Shown piece after piece: positions 14,084-24,754 of a stretch of 64,000 nt of DNA. A model generated the notes under the pieces. It was not told where the DNA came from and made no database searches. It saw only the letters and a program-made list of their open reading frames with translations. This stretch comes from Eledone cirrhosa (taxonomy: Eukaryota), in the NCBI GenBank assembly GCA_964016885.1, contig OZ024745.1, positions 77,810,001 through 77,874,000 of the forward strand. The letters are read 5' to 3'. A program made the translations under genes and the position numbers. The stretch's first letter is position 1; every line of letters begins with the position of its first letter.

Positions 14084-14243
14084 TATATATATATAGTACC
14101 AAAAGTAGAAACAATGTGTATATATTGTGTATGTAGCCGATATCTCAGGCCTTTACAAAGCGCAAAGTGTGGTGAATAATGAAAGGATGTGCTGCCAACG
14201 TCCTCCCATATATGTGCTTATGCATGTACGTGTGTCTACATAT

Positions 14244-14276
<33 letters not shown>

Positions 14277-14442
14277 CAATATATAGAGAAACACACAGAT
14301 ACATGCGGACACATACATATACATGAATATATCTACATATATCCTTGAGTTTGACCGCTGTATCACGTGATTGACTCCCCCTCCGCCTTACGGGATTCTA
14401 TCTCGCGTCCTATGGACGTGTTTTGAAACTCTTAATGAGGTA

Positions 14443-14535
14443 TCCTCTTGATAAGTCGGCAAACCTCACAAAAATTCTATATCTCTGTGATGTAGTGTTT
14501 TTGCATAATATGCCACGAAACTACGTAGTCGGGGA
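14443..14535 (+). ncRNA. Type-I hammerhead, U3-A8 core, long stem II
   Basis: tcctc TTGATAA gt(c)ggca...tgccac GAAA ctacgtag TC gggga. Stem III palindrome ACTACGTAGT. Confidence 0.8.
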
Positions 14536-14609
14536 CTAAAGCAGCAGTTTGGATATGATATATCTTATTATTAATTATATCTAATGTTTCTTCTCTCTTC
14601 ATAATGTAT

Positions 14610-14692
<83 letters not shown>

Positions 14693-14797
14693 TAGAAGAG
14701 GTGCATTTGAATTGCGTTCACAGGCTATAAGCTAAGATGAGCACTCGATGCTCTTGGGGAGTAGAGTATCAATAGGGATAAATAGGAAGAAAGAATT

Positions 14798-15037
14798 AGT
14801 ATTGCATCATGTACATATTTAATTACATATTACATATGTTTCACTGCCGATCAGCTCGAGGAACGATCGAATAATGTTCGATCGTGACTCAGGAATCCGT
14901 TCGTCTACATGTGAGAATACATATCTGAGGAGCTGCCGATTCCAGAGTCAGGATCGAACATTATTCGATCGTTCATCGAGCTGATCGTCAGTGAAACATA
15001 TGTAATATGTAATTAAATATGTATATGATGCAATACT
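14798..15037. repeat. Foldback (about 100 bp arms)
   Basis: 14798-14897 is the reverse complement of 14938-15037. Confidence 0.85.
14919..15010 (+). ncRNA. Type-I hammerhead with extended stem II
   Basis: acatat CTGAGGA gctgccgat...atcgtcagt GAAA catatg TA atatgt. Perfect 6-bp stem I; stem III palindrome ACATATGT. Confidence 0.85.
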
Positions 15038-15070
15038 CCTTCTTTGTTCCCATTTATTATTATTATTATT

Positions 15071-15169
15071 TGCCGAGGTTAACTTTGCTTTCATCCTTAC
15101 AGGGTCGATAAAATAAAGTACCAGTAATAAACTGGAATAATTGATGGCCTTGTGCCAAAAGTAGAAACA

Positions 15170-15214
<45 letters not shown>
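15071..15214 (+). mobile_element. 5'-truncated short SINE with (ATT)n tail
   Basis: Meta-like domain followed by (ATT)n. Confidence 0.8.
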
Positions 15215-16350
15215 GTTCTTTGAGTCTCAGAAATTGATGTTATTTAACTGCAAAGTTTGTTGAAATGAATATCAAGCCGCTACCTGCAGCCTCAGATATT
15301 CAGCACGTCTCGGAGGGTTCTTGCTGTTCCCAGCAAGCATGCCTTTCGAAGTGTTCCAAAAAGCGGGGCTGGACTAATTTTCTTTAACCATCCTTGGAAA
15401 CCCTTTGCGATAGTACGTAGTGCACCTATGACAATCGGGACGACCTTGACTTCATGTCAGTTTCAAATCCGTTTTAACTCCCACTTTAAGTCCTGGTATC
15501 GGTTAATTTTCTCCATCTCCTTTTCTTGCACTCTCGTGTCAAATGGGCCGGCTACATCTACAATCAGGCACGATCTTTTTTCCTTGTCCAAAACCACCAG
15601 GTCAGGCCTATTGTGTTCTAATTTCTTGTCAGTCTGTATCCTAAAATCCCATAGCACCTTCACCTGATCGTTTTCTATCACCGACTCTGGCTTATGCTCA
15701 TACCACTTCTCAGAATGTGGTAAATTATTTACTTTGCATAGATGTCAGTGGATCACCCTGCCTATCACGTCATGTCTCAAGCCTTTATAGTGAGTCTGGG
15801 CTAGGTGTTTACACTCGGATACAATGTGAGCCACAGTCACCTCTCTCTCTACACAGATCCTACACGGTGAGCTGGCCTCCTCCTTGTCAATATGGTGTTT
15901 CACCCACTTCGTTCTGATGGCTTGCTCTTGCGCAGCCATTAGCATTTCTTCTGTAGCTTTTTTAAGGTCTCCTCTTTTTAACCAGTTCCATATCTGTGGA
16001 TCTCTAAATTCAGTTCTCTTAAAGAAGGTACTATGAAGGGATTTTTCATGAAGCTTGCTCTTCCTCCATGTTGTTATTTCCTCCTTTGACATCCCCTGGC
16101 CTATTGTCCCCTCCTTCAGTACAGTTCTGAGCATTGGCTCCTTACTATCAGTCACGTATTTGTGTAGGTTGTTTTTTTCCATCTGAACACAGTCCTCTAT
16201 GCTGATAAGAATTCTTCCACCTTTATATGTCCTTAAGTAGAGTCTATCGACATCACTCCTCTTGTGGAACATGTTGTAGATAGTCAATAGCTTCCTAGTC
16301 TTCCTATCCATTTCTTTTTGCTCAGCAACATTCCATTTCAGAATTCCCGC
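15215..16350 (-). mobile_element. 5'-truncated R4/Dong-clade non-LTR retrotransposon (CCHC finger + restriction-like endonuclease), frameshifted
   Basis: CRICVEREVTVAHIVSEC; LWDFRIQTDKKLEHNRPDLVVLDKE...IVDVAGPFD...KEMEKINRYQDL; C-terminal KACLLGTARTLRDVLNI* with stop at 15292-15294. Flanked by (TAA)n on both sides. Confidence 0.85.
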
Positions 16351-16590
16351 ATTATTTTTATTATTATTATTATTATTGAATGCCATGGTTGACGGAGGCT
16401 CGGCTCTGTAAGGTATAGTAATTTTTAACCGTTAAAACAATTGTAAATTGTTTAAAACTTGAACCAAATTGTTGATAAAGACACCCTCCTCCTCGTGAGA
16501 GGGGTCTTTCTGTCCGTTATTTGGCCCTTCGGGGTTAAATAACCAGTTATTGGGGTTTTGTACCCAAAATTTCATTTTAAACAAAAAAAC

Positions 16591-18690
16591 ATGGCTACGA
16601 AAAAGAAATTTCATACGTCACTCCCACTCATTCCGTCTTCTTCTTCCTCAATCATCACTACAACAGAGAGAAGATTGTCTCTCTCCCTCCCTTCTTTAAA
16701 TGTGTCTCTCTCCCTCCCTTCTCTTTCGCAAGCGACGAAAGAAAAGAAAAGTCTCGTGCAAAGCGTGCAAGGTTTCTCCACGACGACGACGACAGCGACG
16801 AAACAGGTGTGCGGGAAATACGAAAACCCAGTTCATTCGTCTGACGTCAGGAATAATAGCAGTAGCAGCCGTAATAACAACAGCAACAGTGACAATGAAA
16901 ACAACAGTAGCAGCCGCAACAGCATCACCAGCAGCATAAACAACAACAGCATTAGCAGCAGCAACACCAACAACAACCACAGCAACAGCGGCGGAGGCAG
17001 TAGTCGTAGTACCTGCAGCAACAACAAAAGTACCAGCAGCTCTGACGACAACAACAACAGCAGAGAAAAACCAATCTCATTTGCAGGTATTGCGAAAAAC
17101 TTGGAAACAATCCTCATAACAAATGAGGAATTAGAGGAAGCGAAGAAGATGGTGACAAAGAACGGACACCGAGCAATCTGCAAGGCAGCGAAAAATTTTT
17201 TCGAAACCCAAGAGCACTGTACGGTCACGTACCGTACAGTAAGTACAAAATCCCGTAGGGTGGAAAGAGCCACAGAGGCCCAAATACAAAAAGCCTTGGG
17301 GTCTGTGTGGCAGAGGAAAACGCACATCACCCGAGGCAAAAAATACGCCACCGTAGACGTACTTTTTGCCACACCCCAGGAGGCAAAGGCCCAATCAGTA
17401 GTGACCCTAAGGAGCGAGGAAATGGTGTTGGTGCCCTCCTACTGCGGGCAAAAAATTGTGAGGGTCAAACTGACCCACGTCCCCCCCCCGGAATGACCCC
17501 TTCTTGGCTGGCCGCGTCTGTCCTCGTCGGAATCGAGGACAAAACAACTGTACTGCAAGTACAGAAAAAAAGTAAGAGAAGATTGGGTCGGCTCCTCCAT
17601 TGAGATGCTAATCCAAACCAACCAGGAGTGCATCGAAGCTATCCCGGATGTGATAGACTTCGATAACAGCACTCAACTGCCCATAAGTGTTGAGGGCAAA
17701 CGCCCGAAATGCTTTCGCTGTGGATCGAAGACCCACCTCAGGGCCTTCTGCAACGAGAAGACCCTGAGAAAGGAGAAAACCCCCCTCCTTCCGAATCCGG
17801 CTCCACGGCTACCAGCAACAGGACAAGCGGCAACCAGGAACGATAGGCCCGTGGCACCCATACCCACTCCACGGAAATCAAAAACAGCAGCAGCAGTGGA
17901 AATACTAACAACAACAACAGCAATACCAAATGCAGCTGCAACAGAGACTCCAGTGCAAACATCACCAACAACAACAAGTGAAAGAGTGGAGTTGGTACCC
18001 CTCCCCGACCTCACAGAATCAGACATGGAGTGTGAGGTGGGAGAGAGATGGCAAAAGGTCGTAAGAAGACACAAACACAGAAGCAGCGCATCGTCGCCTT
18101 TGAAAAGGGAGGAAAGAAATGAGAAAAGGGTAAAGTCTACTGCAAAGAGACCCACAGCAGCAACAACACCAACACCATCACCACCCACACTAGCGCCACC
18201 ATCACCACCGGCGACAACCCCACCGCCAACAACACCTTCAACACCACCACCACAAGCACCAACATCGCAAACACAACAACAAAACACACACACCCAGCAA
18301 CAACGACAAGAAAATAACAGAACCACACCCCACCCCCAGAAAAACAAATGCACGGCAATAAATACACACAACAAGAAACTAATGACTTACATAATTGAAC
18401 ACACAGACATTTCACAACAGGACTACATAATACCAGCACCAATCAAAACGCCAACTAACATAAGACTGCTAAAAATAGCACAGAAACAATACACAAATAT
18501 TAAAACGAAATTCCCCAACGCAGTTGGTGATTTCAGGGACCTAGGAGGAACCATCAATCGAAGAGTATACTCAGACATTCTCTTAGAAGAGCCGACGACC
18601 AGCCGAAGGGACGATTCAACGGTCCCTTCACCAGACGATCAAGTGAAAAGGGATGTAAAAACCATCCCTCCTCTACCAAAAGTACGGTAA
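16591..18690 (+). CDS. LINE ORF1 (RRM-like region + CCHC zinc knuckle), interrupted near 17481-17571
   Basis: ORFs 16558-17496 and 17605-18690 share a frame and are separated by one TGA at 17494. Contains the knuckle CFRCGSKTHLRAFC plus S/N-rich and P/T-rich low-complexity segments. Confidence 0.75.
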
Positions 18691-18725
18691 GTGGTCTTTC
18701 CCATCTTTTCCACTCTATTTTAAAC

Positions 18726-21700
18726 ATGACCTCACTCAGAATAGGCAGCATAAATGCGCGTGGCTTGGGGTCGTCATGGAAGCAGGGTCACCTGCTCAAC
18801 GACCTCAGGTCACTAAACATAGATGTAGTGGCCATCAGCGAGACCAGAATCTCCGAAGCACGGGCCTTCGCACCGATCTTCGGCGGCTACGATGTGTACG
18901 CATCTCCCAGCCGTCCTGGATCGGGTGGAGGAGTTGCTGTGCTTTTTCGGAGAGGTTTGGATCTCGCCATACGGGCCATCTTCCTGGACCCAGAGGGTAA
19001 GCTGGTGGTGCTGGACGTGACCAGCGGAGACGGGCAAGCTTTCAGGCTAGTGGCCGTCTATGCCCCGACAGGAGCAGGGCGGCCTGATTTCTTCCGGCGT
19101 CTGGAGACCTTTCTTGGAACGTCCCGCTCTTTAGTGTTAGTGGGCGACTGGAACGGGATCTTAGATGCACGCTGGGACTGTGTGGGATTAGCGGATAGGG
19201 GTGGAGGGTGCAAGAGCCTCACCAACCTGCTCAGGCGTTTTGAACTGTCTGACAGGTACCGATTGGATTTCCCGAATGTGCCAATGTGGACTTGGACAAA
19301 CCGTATAGGGTCATCCAGATCATATCTAGATAGAGTATTTTGTAGGGAAATAGATAGGTCTAGCATAGGCTGTCCACAATTCAAGATAGTCAGCTACACG
19401 GACCACAAATTCGTGACCTGTGTGCTTGACTTAGATAGGCTTCATAGACGAGGACCCGGCTACTGGAAGCTAAACGCGTCCTTACCAGCGCGCAAGGCCT
19501 ACAGAGACCGGATTAGCGAACTAGTTAAGCGGGCGTTGACGGGGGCCATCGTCAACAACAAGTGGTGGTTTGCTCTGAAAAGAGCGATTAGAATAGAATC
19601 CATTAGCTTTAGTAAGGCTTTAGCAATAGAGAAAAATAGAGCAGAGGGAGAACTAGTTAGAAAATTAGACGAGGCGCTTAGCAAAGGCATTGCGACCGAC
19701 GTGCTTGCGGCGAAATTGGCCCTTGACCAATTCTTCAATGCAAAGCACGAAGGCTGCGTTGTCAGAGCTAGGGTGCGTGCTCTCAGACACGAGAGGACGA
19801 AAGCCGTTCAATGGGCTCGAGTGGCGGAGGCGCGTCGTGGCAACAAAACCACGATCCGGTCTTTGGTGGACCACGACGGGCGCATGCTACTCGATCCCGG
19901 GCAAATGTGTGAAGCTTTTCAGCGACACTTCGCTCAGCTGTTCGGGGGCAGCGGGGGGCCGGGTAGAGGGATGGACTTTAGTGTCTACCTCGACGGACTG
20001 CCGCGGCTCTCGGCCACTGAGGCGAAGTGTTGCGAAAAGCCGATAACAGCCGCTGAAGTACGGGAGGCAATGACTGGCTGCACAAGGGGTAAATCGCCTG
20101 GTTTGGATGGTCTGCCCTATGAACTTTACGTACAGATGCCAGACTTGTTCGGAGGCCTCTTGGCGGACGTCTACTGCAACTGGCAACAGAACGGGAGAAT
20201 TCCCAGTTCTGTGAGCCGAGGAGCGGTGGCACTGCTGAGAAAGGATCCGAACAAGGGGGATAACATAGACAATTTCCGGCCCATAACTCTGCTAAACACA
20301 GAGTTTAAGATTTTGGCCAAGGTGCTAGCAAAGAGGTTGGCGCTTGTCGTTGGTGGTCTGGTGGGAGAGGCGCAGACATGCGCCATTCCCGACAGATCCA
20401 TCAACGACAACCTCCACCTCATGCGATACATCGTAGAGAGGGTAGCTAGGGAACCTGGCACGGGTGGGTCCTTGATCAATTTAGATCAGTCGAAAGCTTT
20501 CGATAGGGTCGACCATCGTTACCTAGCGGCAGTCCTGAGGGCGGCTGGCTTTGGGCCCGTCTTCAGAGGCTGGATCGCTGCCATGCACAGCGACATCTGC
20601 TCTGTGGTGAGAGTGAACGGTCACCTGTCGGAACCGTTCAACATCATGCGCTCGGTCCGCCAAGGATGTCCCCTCTCGTCCCTCTTGTACGTATTGACTC
20701 TCGAGCCATTACTGCACAAACTGGAGACGTTGAGGGGAGTCCCGCGCGAACTAGGATGCGGAAGATCCGTGTCAGCATATGCGGACGATGTCACCGTAGT
20801 GGTGTCGAACGCCAAACACATCGAGGCGATCGGCACTACACTAAGAGAATACGAAGCGGTGACAGGAGCAATGATCAACCAGGAAAAGTCAGTGGGCCTG
20901 CAGCTCGGCACCTGGAGAGGCAGGTCCATGCCGTCCAACAGCGTCGTCGGGCGCTGGACGGACGGACCGGTTAAATTGCTAGGGGTCTGGTTCGGTCCGG
21001 ACCTCCAGACGGACAAAAACTGGGACGAGGTGACGAGCAGGGTGGCTTCTCTCACCCAGAAATGGGCGGAGAGGAAGCTATCCCTGAAAGGTCGAGCGGA
21101 GGTGGCTAACGCGTACATCGCGTCTGTCATCTGCTACCGCCTAACCGTCGTACCTTGTCCTAAGCCTCGCCTGACTGCGCTGGAGCGTTTGCTCTTTCGC
21201 TTTTTGTGGAAGGGACGTGCTCCGATGGTCAGGCGGTCCATCTGTTGTCAACACCCGCTACGTGGAGGGCTGGGCATGCCGTGGCTGATGATGCGCAGGC
21301 ACGCGCTCAGGCTACGACATCTCCACCTCTTCCTCGACGGTGATCAGGTGTGGTCGCCGTTTGCTAGACGCGTTTTTCCCCAGCTCGTTTCCTTGACGGA
21401 GCTGCAGTCCTGGGTCAAGCGAAGACCGAGAGGGAGCGCCTGGAGACTGGAATGTCTTCAGGCGCTCACAGCCCTCGACCAATCGGGCAATGTGATCGGT
21501 GGAAACTCCACCTCGGCGTTCTATAGAGGATTAGTGGAGGGGAAGAGCGACGACGTACTTGGGGAAACTCTAGGCGTCGACGAAAATCAACTAGCCAATC
21601 TCTTCGGAAGAACTTTCGGGCCGGGGCCTATGGACAACTTCCAGAAATCTCTGGCCTGGCAGTGCTACCGAGGAGCCTTGCCAGTTCGGGATAAACTCTA

Positions 21701-22145
21701 CAGGCATGGAGGTGCCGTCAGCCGGGCATGTCCGAGATGCGCGCAGGGCGACGAAACCGTCCTGCACGCACTCGTCCAGTGTCCGAAAATTGCTGACTTG
21801 TGGGTTTATGTCGAACACCTGCTGTCGCGTTTGGGACGGATCCAGCTATCATCTGAGTCCATCGTGAGGATTGCCCCGCCCTCCTCCTTTAGCCGGGAAG
21901 GGCAGGCAGTTTTTATCTGTCTGGTGGCCATGGCGAAAGAGATAGTATGGTGGACACGTTTGAAAGGGCTGAAGACGAGCACTTACCTCTTCGGTGATGC
22001 TCTGATTGACTTTTTCAAATTTCATTTGAAAAGGAAAATCAGAGTAGAGAGGGAAGTGCTCTCTTCCCAGCATTTTGTTGAAAGATGGGTGAGAGAAGCA
22101 AGAATGGCCCGAGTGAATGGGCCGACTCTGAGTATATATCTGTAA
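18726..22145 (+). CDS. LINE ORF2: APE endonuclease + reverse transcriptase + C-terminal CCHC
   Basis: 1139 aa. INARGL, ISET, VGDWN, LDRV and TDH (APE); GKSPGLDGLP, FRPITLLN, DQSKAFDRV, VRQGCPLS and YADD (RT); CPRC...H....C. GPGYWKLN is typical of Tx1/L1. Confidence 0.95.
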   Translation: MTSLRIGSINARGLGSSWKQGHLLNDLRSLNIDVVAISETRISEARAFAPIFGGYDVYASPSRPGSGGGVAVLFRRGLDLAIRAIFLDPEGKLVVLDVTSGDGQAFRLVAVYAPTGAGRPDFFRRLETFLGTSRSLVLVGDWNGILDARWDCVGLADRGGGCKSLTNLLRRFELSDRYRLDFPNVPMWTWTNRIGSSRSYLDRVFCREIDRSSIGCPQFKIVSYTDHKFVTCVLDLDRLHRRGPGYWKLNASLPARKAYRDRISELVKRALTGAIVNNKWWFALKRAIRIESISFSKALAIEKNRAEGELVRKLDEALSKGIATDVLAAKLALDQFFNAKHEGCVVRARVRALRHERTKAVQWARVAEARRGNKTTIRSLVDHDGRMLLDPGQMCEAFQRHFAQLFGGSGGPGRGMDFSVYLDGLPRLSATEAKCCEKPITAAEVREAMTGCTRGKSPGLDGLPYELYVQMPDLFGGLLADVYCNWQQNGRIPSSVSRGAVALLRKDPNKGDNIDNFRPITLLNTEFKILAKVLAKRLALVVGGLVGEAQTCAIPDRSINDNLHLMRYIVERVAREPGTGGSLINLDQSKAFDRVDHRYLAAVLRAAGFGPVFRGWIAAMHSDICSVVRVNGHLSEPFNIMRSVRQGCPLSSLLYVLTLEPLLHKLETLRGVPRELGCGRSVSAYADDVTVVVSNAKHIEAIGTTLREYEAVTGAMINQEKSVGLQLGTWRGRSMPSNSVVGRWTDGPVKLLGVWFGPDLQTDKNWDEVTSRVASLTQKWAERKLSLKGRAEVANAYIASVICYRLTVVPCPKPRLTALERLLFRFLWKGRAPMVRRSICCQHPLRGGLGMPWLMMRRHALRLRHLHLFLDGDQVWSPFARRVFPQLVSLTELQSWVKRRPRGSAWRLECLQALTALDQSGNVIGGNSTSAFYRGLVEGKSDDVLGETLGVDENQLANLFGRTFGPGPMDNFQKSLAWQCYRGALPVRDKLYRHGGAVSRACPRCAQGDETVLHALVQCPKIADLWVYVEHLLSRLGRIQLSSESIVRIAPPSSFSREGQAVFICLVAMAKEIVWWTRLKGLKTSTYLFGDALIDFFKFHLKRKIRVEREVLSSQHFVERWVREARMARVNGPTLSIYL

Positions 22146-22405
22146 ACTAAAGGTGGAAAACTGGGAGAGGGCACTTGCCTTGGTGGTCAGGGTCATTGTG
22201 GCTTTTTACTGGGCTTTCTCCACAAATGTCCCTCCGAAGTCTCCCCCCTATTGGGGAATTTTTCATTGTTATTTTCATTGTTATTTTTGTTACATCCTCT
22301 GTTTTTGTTTTTTTACACGCAGAAATGCCCATTTGTACCGTCCTGCATTGTCCTGCACTGTCCTTAATGTCTACTTTATGTAAACCCTTGTGGTTAATAA
22401 AGAAA

Positions 22406-22453
<48 letters not shown>

Positions 22454-22755
22454 GGGCAGTGGATTGGCAGTATTGGGAGAGGGTCGGACGCCATGCTTTG
22501 ACGTATAGAGTTACGGTCCTTGCCATTCAAATCCCGCCGAGGTTAACTTTGCCTTTCATCCTTACGGGGTCGATAAAATAAAGTACCAGTAATGCACTGG
22601 GTAATTGCTGGCCTTGTGCCTAACGTGAACACAATTATTATTATTATTATTACGCCCAACCGAGGTTAACTTTGCCTTTCATCCTTACGGGGTCGATAAA
22701 ATAAAGTACCCGTAAATGCACTGGGATAATTTCTGGCTTTGTGCCAATAGTAGAA

Positions 22756-22762
<7 letters not shown>
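22454..22762 (+). mobile_element. Two short SINE copies (22454-22635 full, 22661-22762 truncated)
   Basis: Same family as 7122-7309. Confidence 0.85.
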
Positions 22763-22793
<31 letters not shown>

Positions 22794-22955
22794 TAGAATT
22801 GGAGCTCTGAAATAGCAATATATATATGGATGTATATATAATGTATTTTGCAATACACTTTATGCTTAATTAAAAGCCTTTTGAAGACTGTAAGCTATTG
22901 TTTTTTAGAGTAGTGACAAATTCACTTACTTTGATCTCAGCAAACAGGGGAGATA

Positions 22956-23000
22956 AGCCGACAAGGCCTTGTTTCGCTTTTGTTGAAACTTATCAAGGCT
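22956..23000 (-). ncRNA. Type-I hammerhead, U3-A8 core
   Basis: Reverse complement of 23586-23630. Confidence 0.8.
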
Positions 23001-23275
23001 AACTACTCCCTCCTGTCTACCAAGATCACTGATGTTATATTCTTATAGAATTCTAGTAAATAATCAGGAGCTGATTATGCAGAGCGGTTGTTGGTCAGGC
23101 AGAAATTAAAAATTAGAATTGGAGCTCTGAAATAGCAATATATATATGGATGTATATATAATGTATTTTGCAATACACTTTATGCTTAATTAAAAGCATT
23201 TTGAAGACCGTAAGCTATTGTTTTTTAGAGTAGTGACAAATTCACTTACTTTGATCTCAGCAAACAGGGGAGATA

Positions 23276-23320
23276 AGCCGACAAGGCCTTGTTTCGCTTT
23301 TGTTGAAGCTTATCAAGGCT
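23276..23320 (-). ncRNA. Type-I hammerhead, U3-A8 core
   Basis: agcc TTGATAA gctt caacaa aagc GAAA caaggccttg TC ggct. Confidence 0.8.
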
Positions 23321-23585
23321 GTTTGCTGAGATCAAAGTAAGTGAATTTGTCACTACTCTAAAAAACAATAGCTTACTGTCTTCAAAATGCTTTTAATTAA
23401 GCATAAAGTGTATTGCAAAATACATTATATATACATCCATATATATATTGCTATTTCAGAGCTCCAATTCTAATTTTTAATTTCTGCCTGACCAACAACC
23501 GCTCTGCATAATCAGCTTCTGATTATTTACTAGAATTCTATAAGAATATAACATCAGTGATCTCGGTAGACAGGTGGGAGTAGTT

Positions 23586-23630
23586 AGCCTTGATAAGTTT
23601 CAACAAAAGCGAAACAAGGCCTTGTCGGCT
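23586..23630 (+). ncRNA. Type-I hammerhead, U3-A8 core
   Basis: agcc TTGATAA gttt caacaa aagc GAAA caaggccttg TC ggct. 12-nt stem III palindrome ACAAGGCCTTGT. Confidence 0.8.
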
Positions 23631-23792
23631 TATCTCCCCTGTTTGCTGAGATCAAAGTAAGTGAATTTGTCACTACTCTAAAAAACAATAGCTTACGGTC
23701 TTTAAAATGCTTTTAATTAAGCATAAAGTGTATTGCAAAATACATTATATATACATCCATATATATATTGCTATTTCAGAGCTCCAATTCTA

Positions 23793-23873
<81 letters not shown>

Positions 23874-23915
23874 CCATATATATATATATGTATGGGTGTA
23901 TGTATATATACATAC

Positions 23916-23996
<81 letters not shown>

Positions 23997-24020
23997 AATG
24001 TATATATATATATATATATA

Positions 24021-24723
24021 CATATTGTTATACTTGGGGAGGGTCATATTTGTGTAATATTGCCAGAATTGACAACATAACACACTCACTGTTTGGTTGG
24101 TTTTCGCTTTTCGCTTCTGTGTCTTTTATACCGGTAATCTAATTTATTCGGTCCTCAATGTTGCCATTGACTGACCAACGGTCAAAAATAATACAGATCC
24201 AATATAGACACAAACACATATATATAGTTTATCAAAGTTCTTTCGTTGTACATCTGAAACATCGTCAGTGGTGCTATTGTTTCCTCCCGTTGCATTGTAT
24301 TTTCTACGCCATCTTTATTTAGTCTGTTTATATACGAACGTGCCAGACAACAACACGACGGTAACATAGACAACATAGAAATTAGAATAATATCTAAACA
24401 TAGAAATGACCCAGCAGATAGGCAAATCAGAGAGGTCAGTGAAATAGAACTTAGAAGGTCAAGGCTAAACAAAAAGAATGAATGTAATAACAACAACACC
24501 CAAACAAACAACACTGACCTAAGAGAAGTGTAAATAAATAAATAGATAAATAAATAAATAAATACATACACAAGCACAATAACAACAAACACATATAAAC
24601 ACACACTAGTAAAGATAGAATACATTAACCAATACACAGTCACCCAATCACGAACACACATCAAACAAAACACTATACACACACGCAAACGCATGCGCAA
24701 AGAAGAGAAATAAAATAAACAAA

Positions 24724-24754
<31 letters not shown>

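Larger units (their letters stand above)
16378..22407 (+). mobile_element. Full-length Tx1/L1-clade non-LTR retrotransposon in an (ATT)n tract
   Basis: 5'UTR, ORF1 with CCHC knuckle, intact ORF2, 3'UTR with AATAAA at 22396-22401, and (ATT)n on both sides. Confidence 0.92.
22788..23796. mobile_element. Hammerhead cassette: 320 bp tandem units followed by an inverted copy, bounded by (TA)n
   Basis: 22788-23107 repeats from 23108. An inversion at ~23320 is followed by about 1.5 reverse-complement units to 23796. Confidence 0.8.

Noticed and set aside
16480-16510. CCTCCTCGTG resembling an HDV ribozyme L3 loop
   Set aside because: I could not build the P1/P2 pseudoknot; it folds as a simple hairpin.
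16696-22196. Antisense and alternative-frame ORFs within the Tx1 element
   Set aside because: Shadows of GC-rich or low-complexity coding sequence with no motifs.
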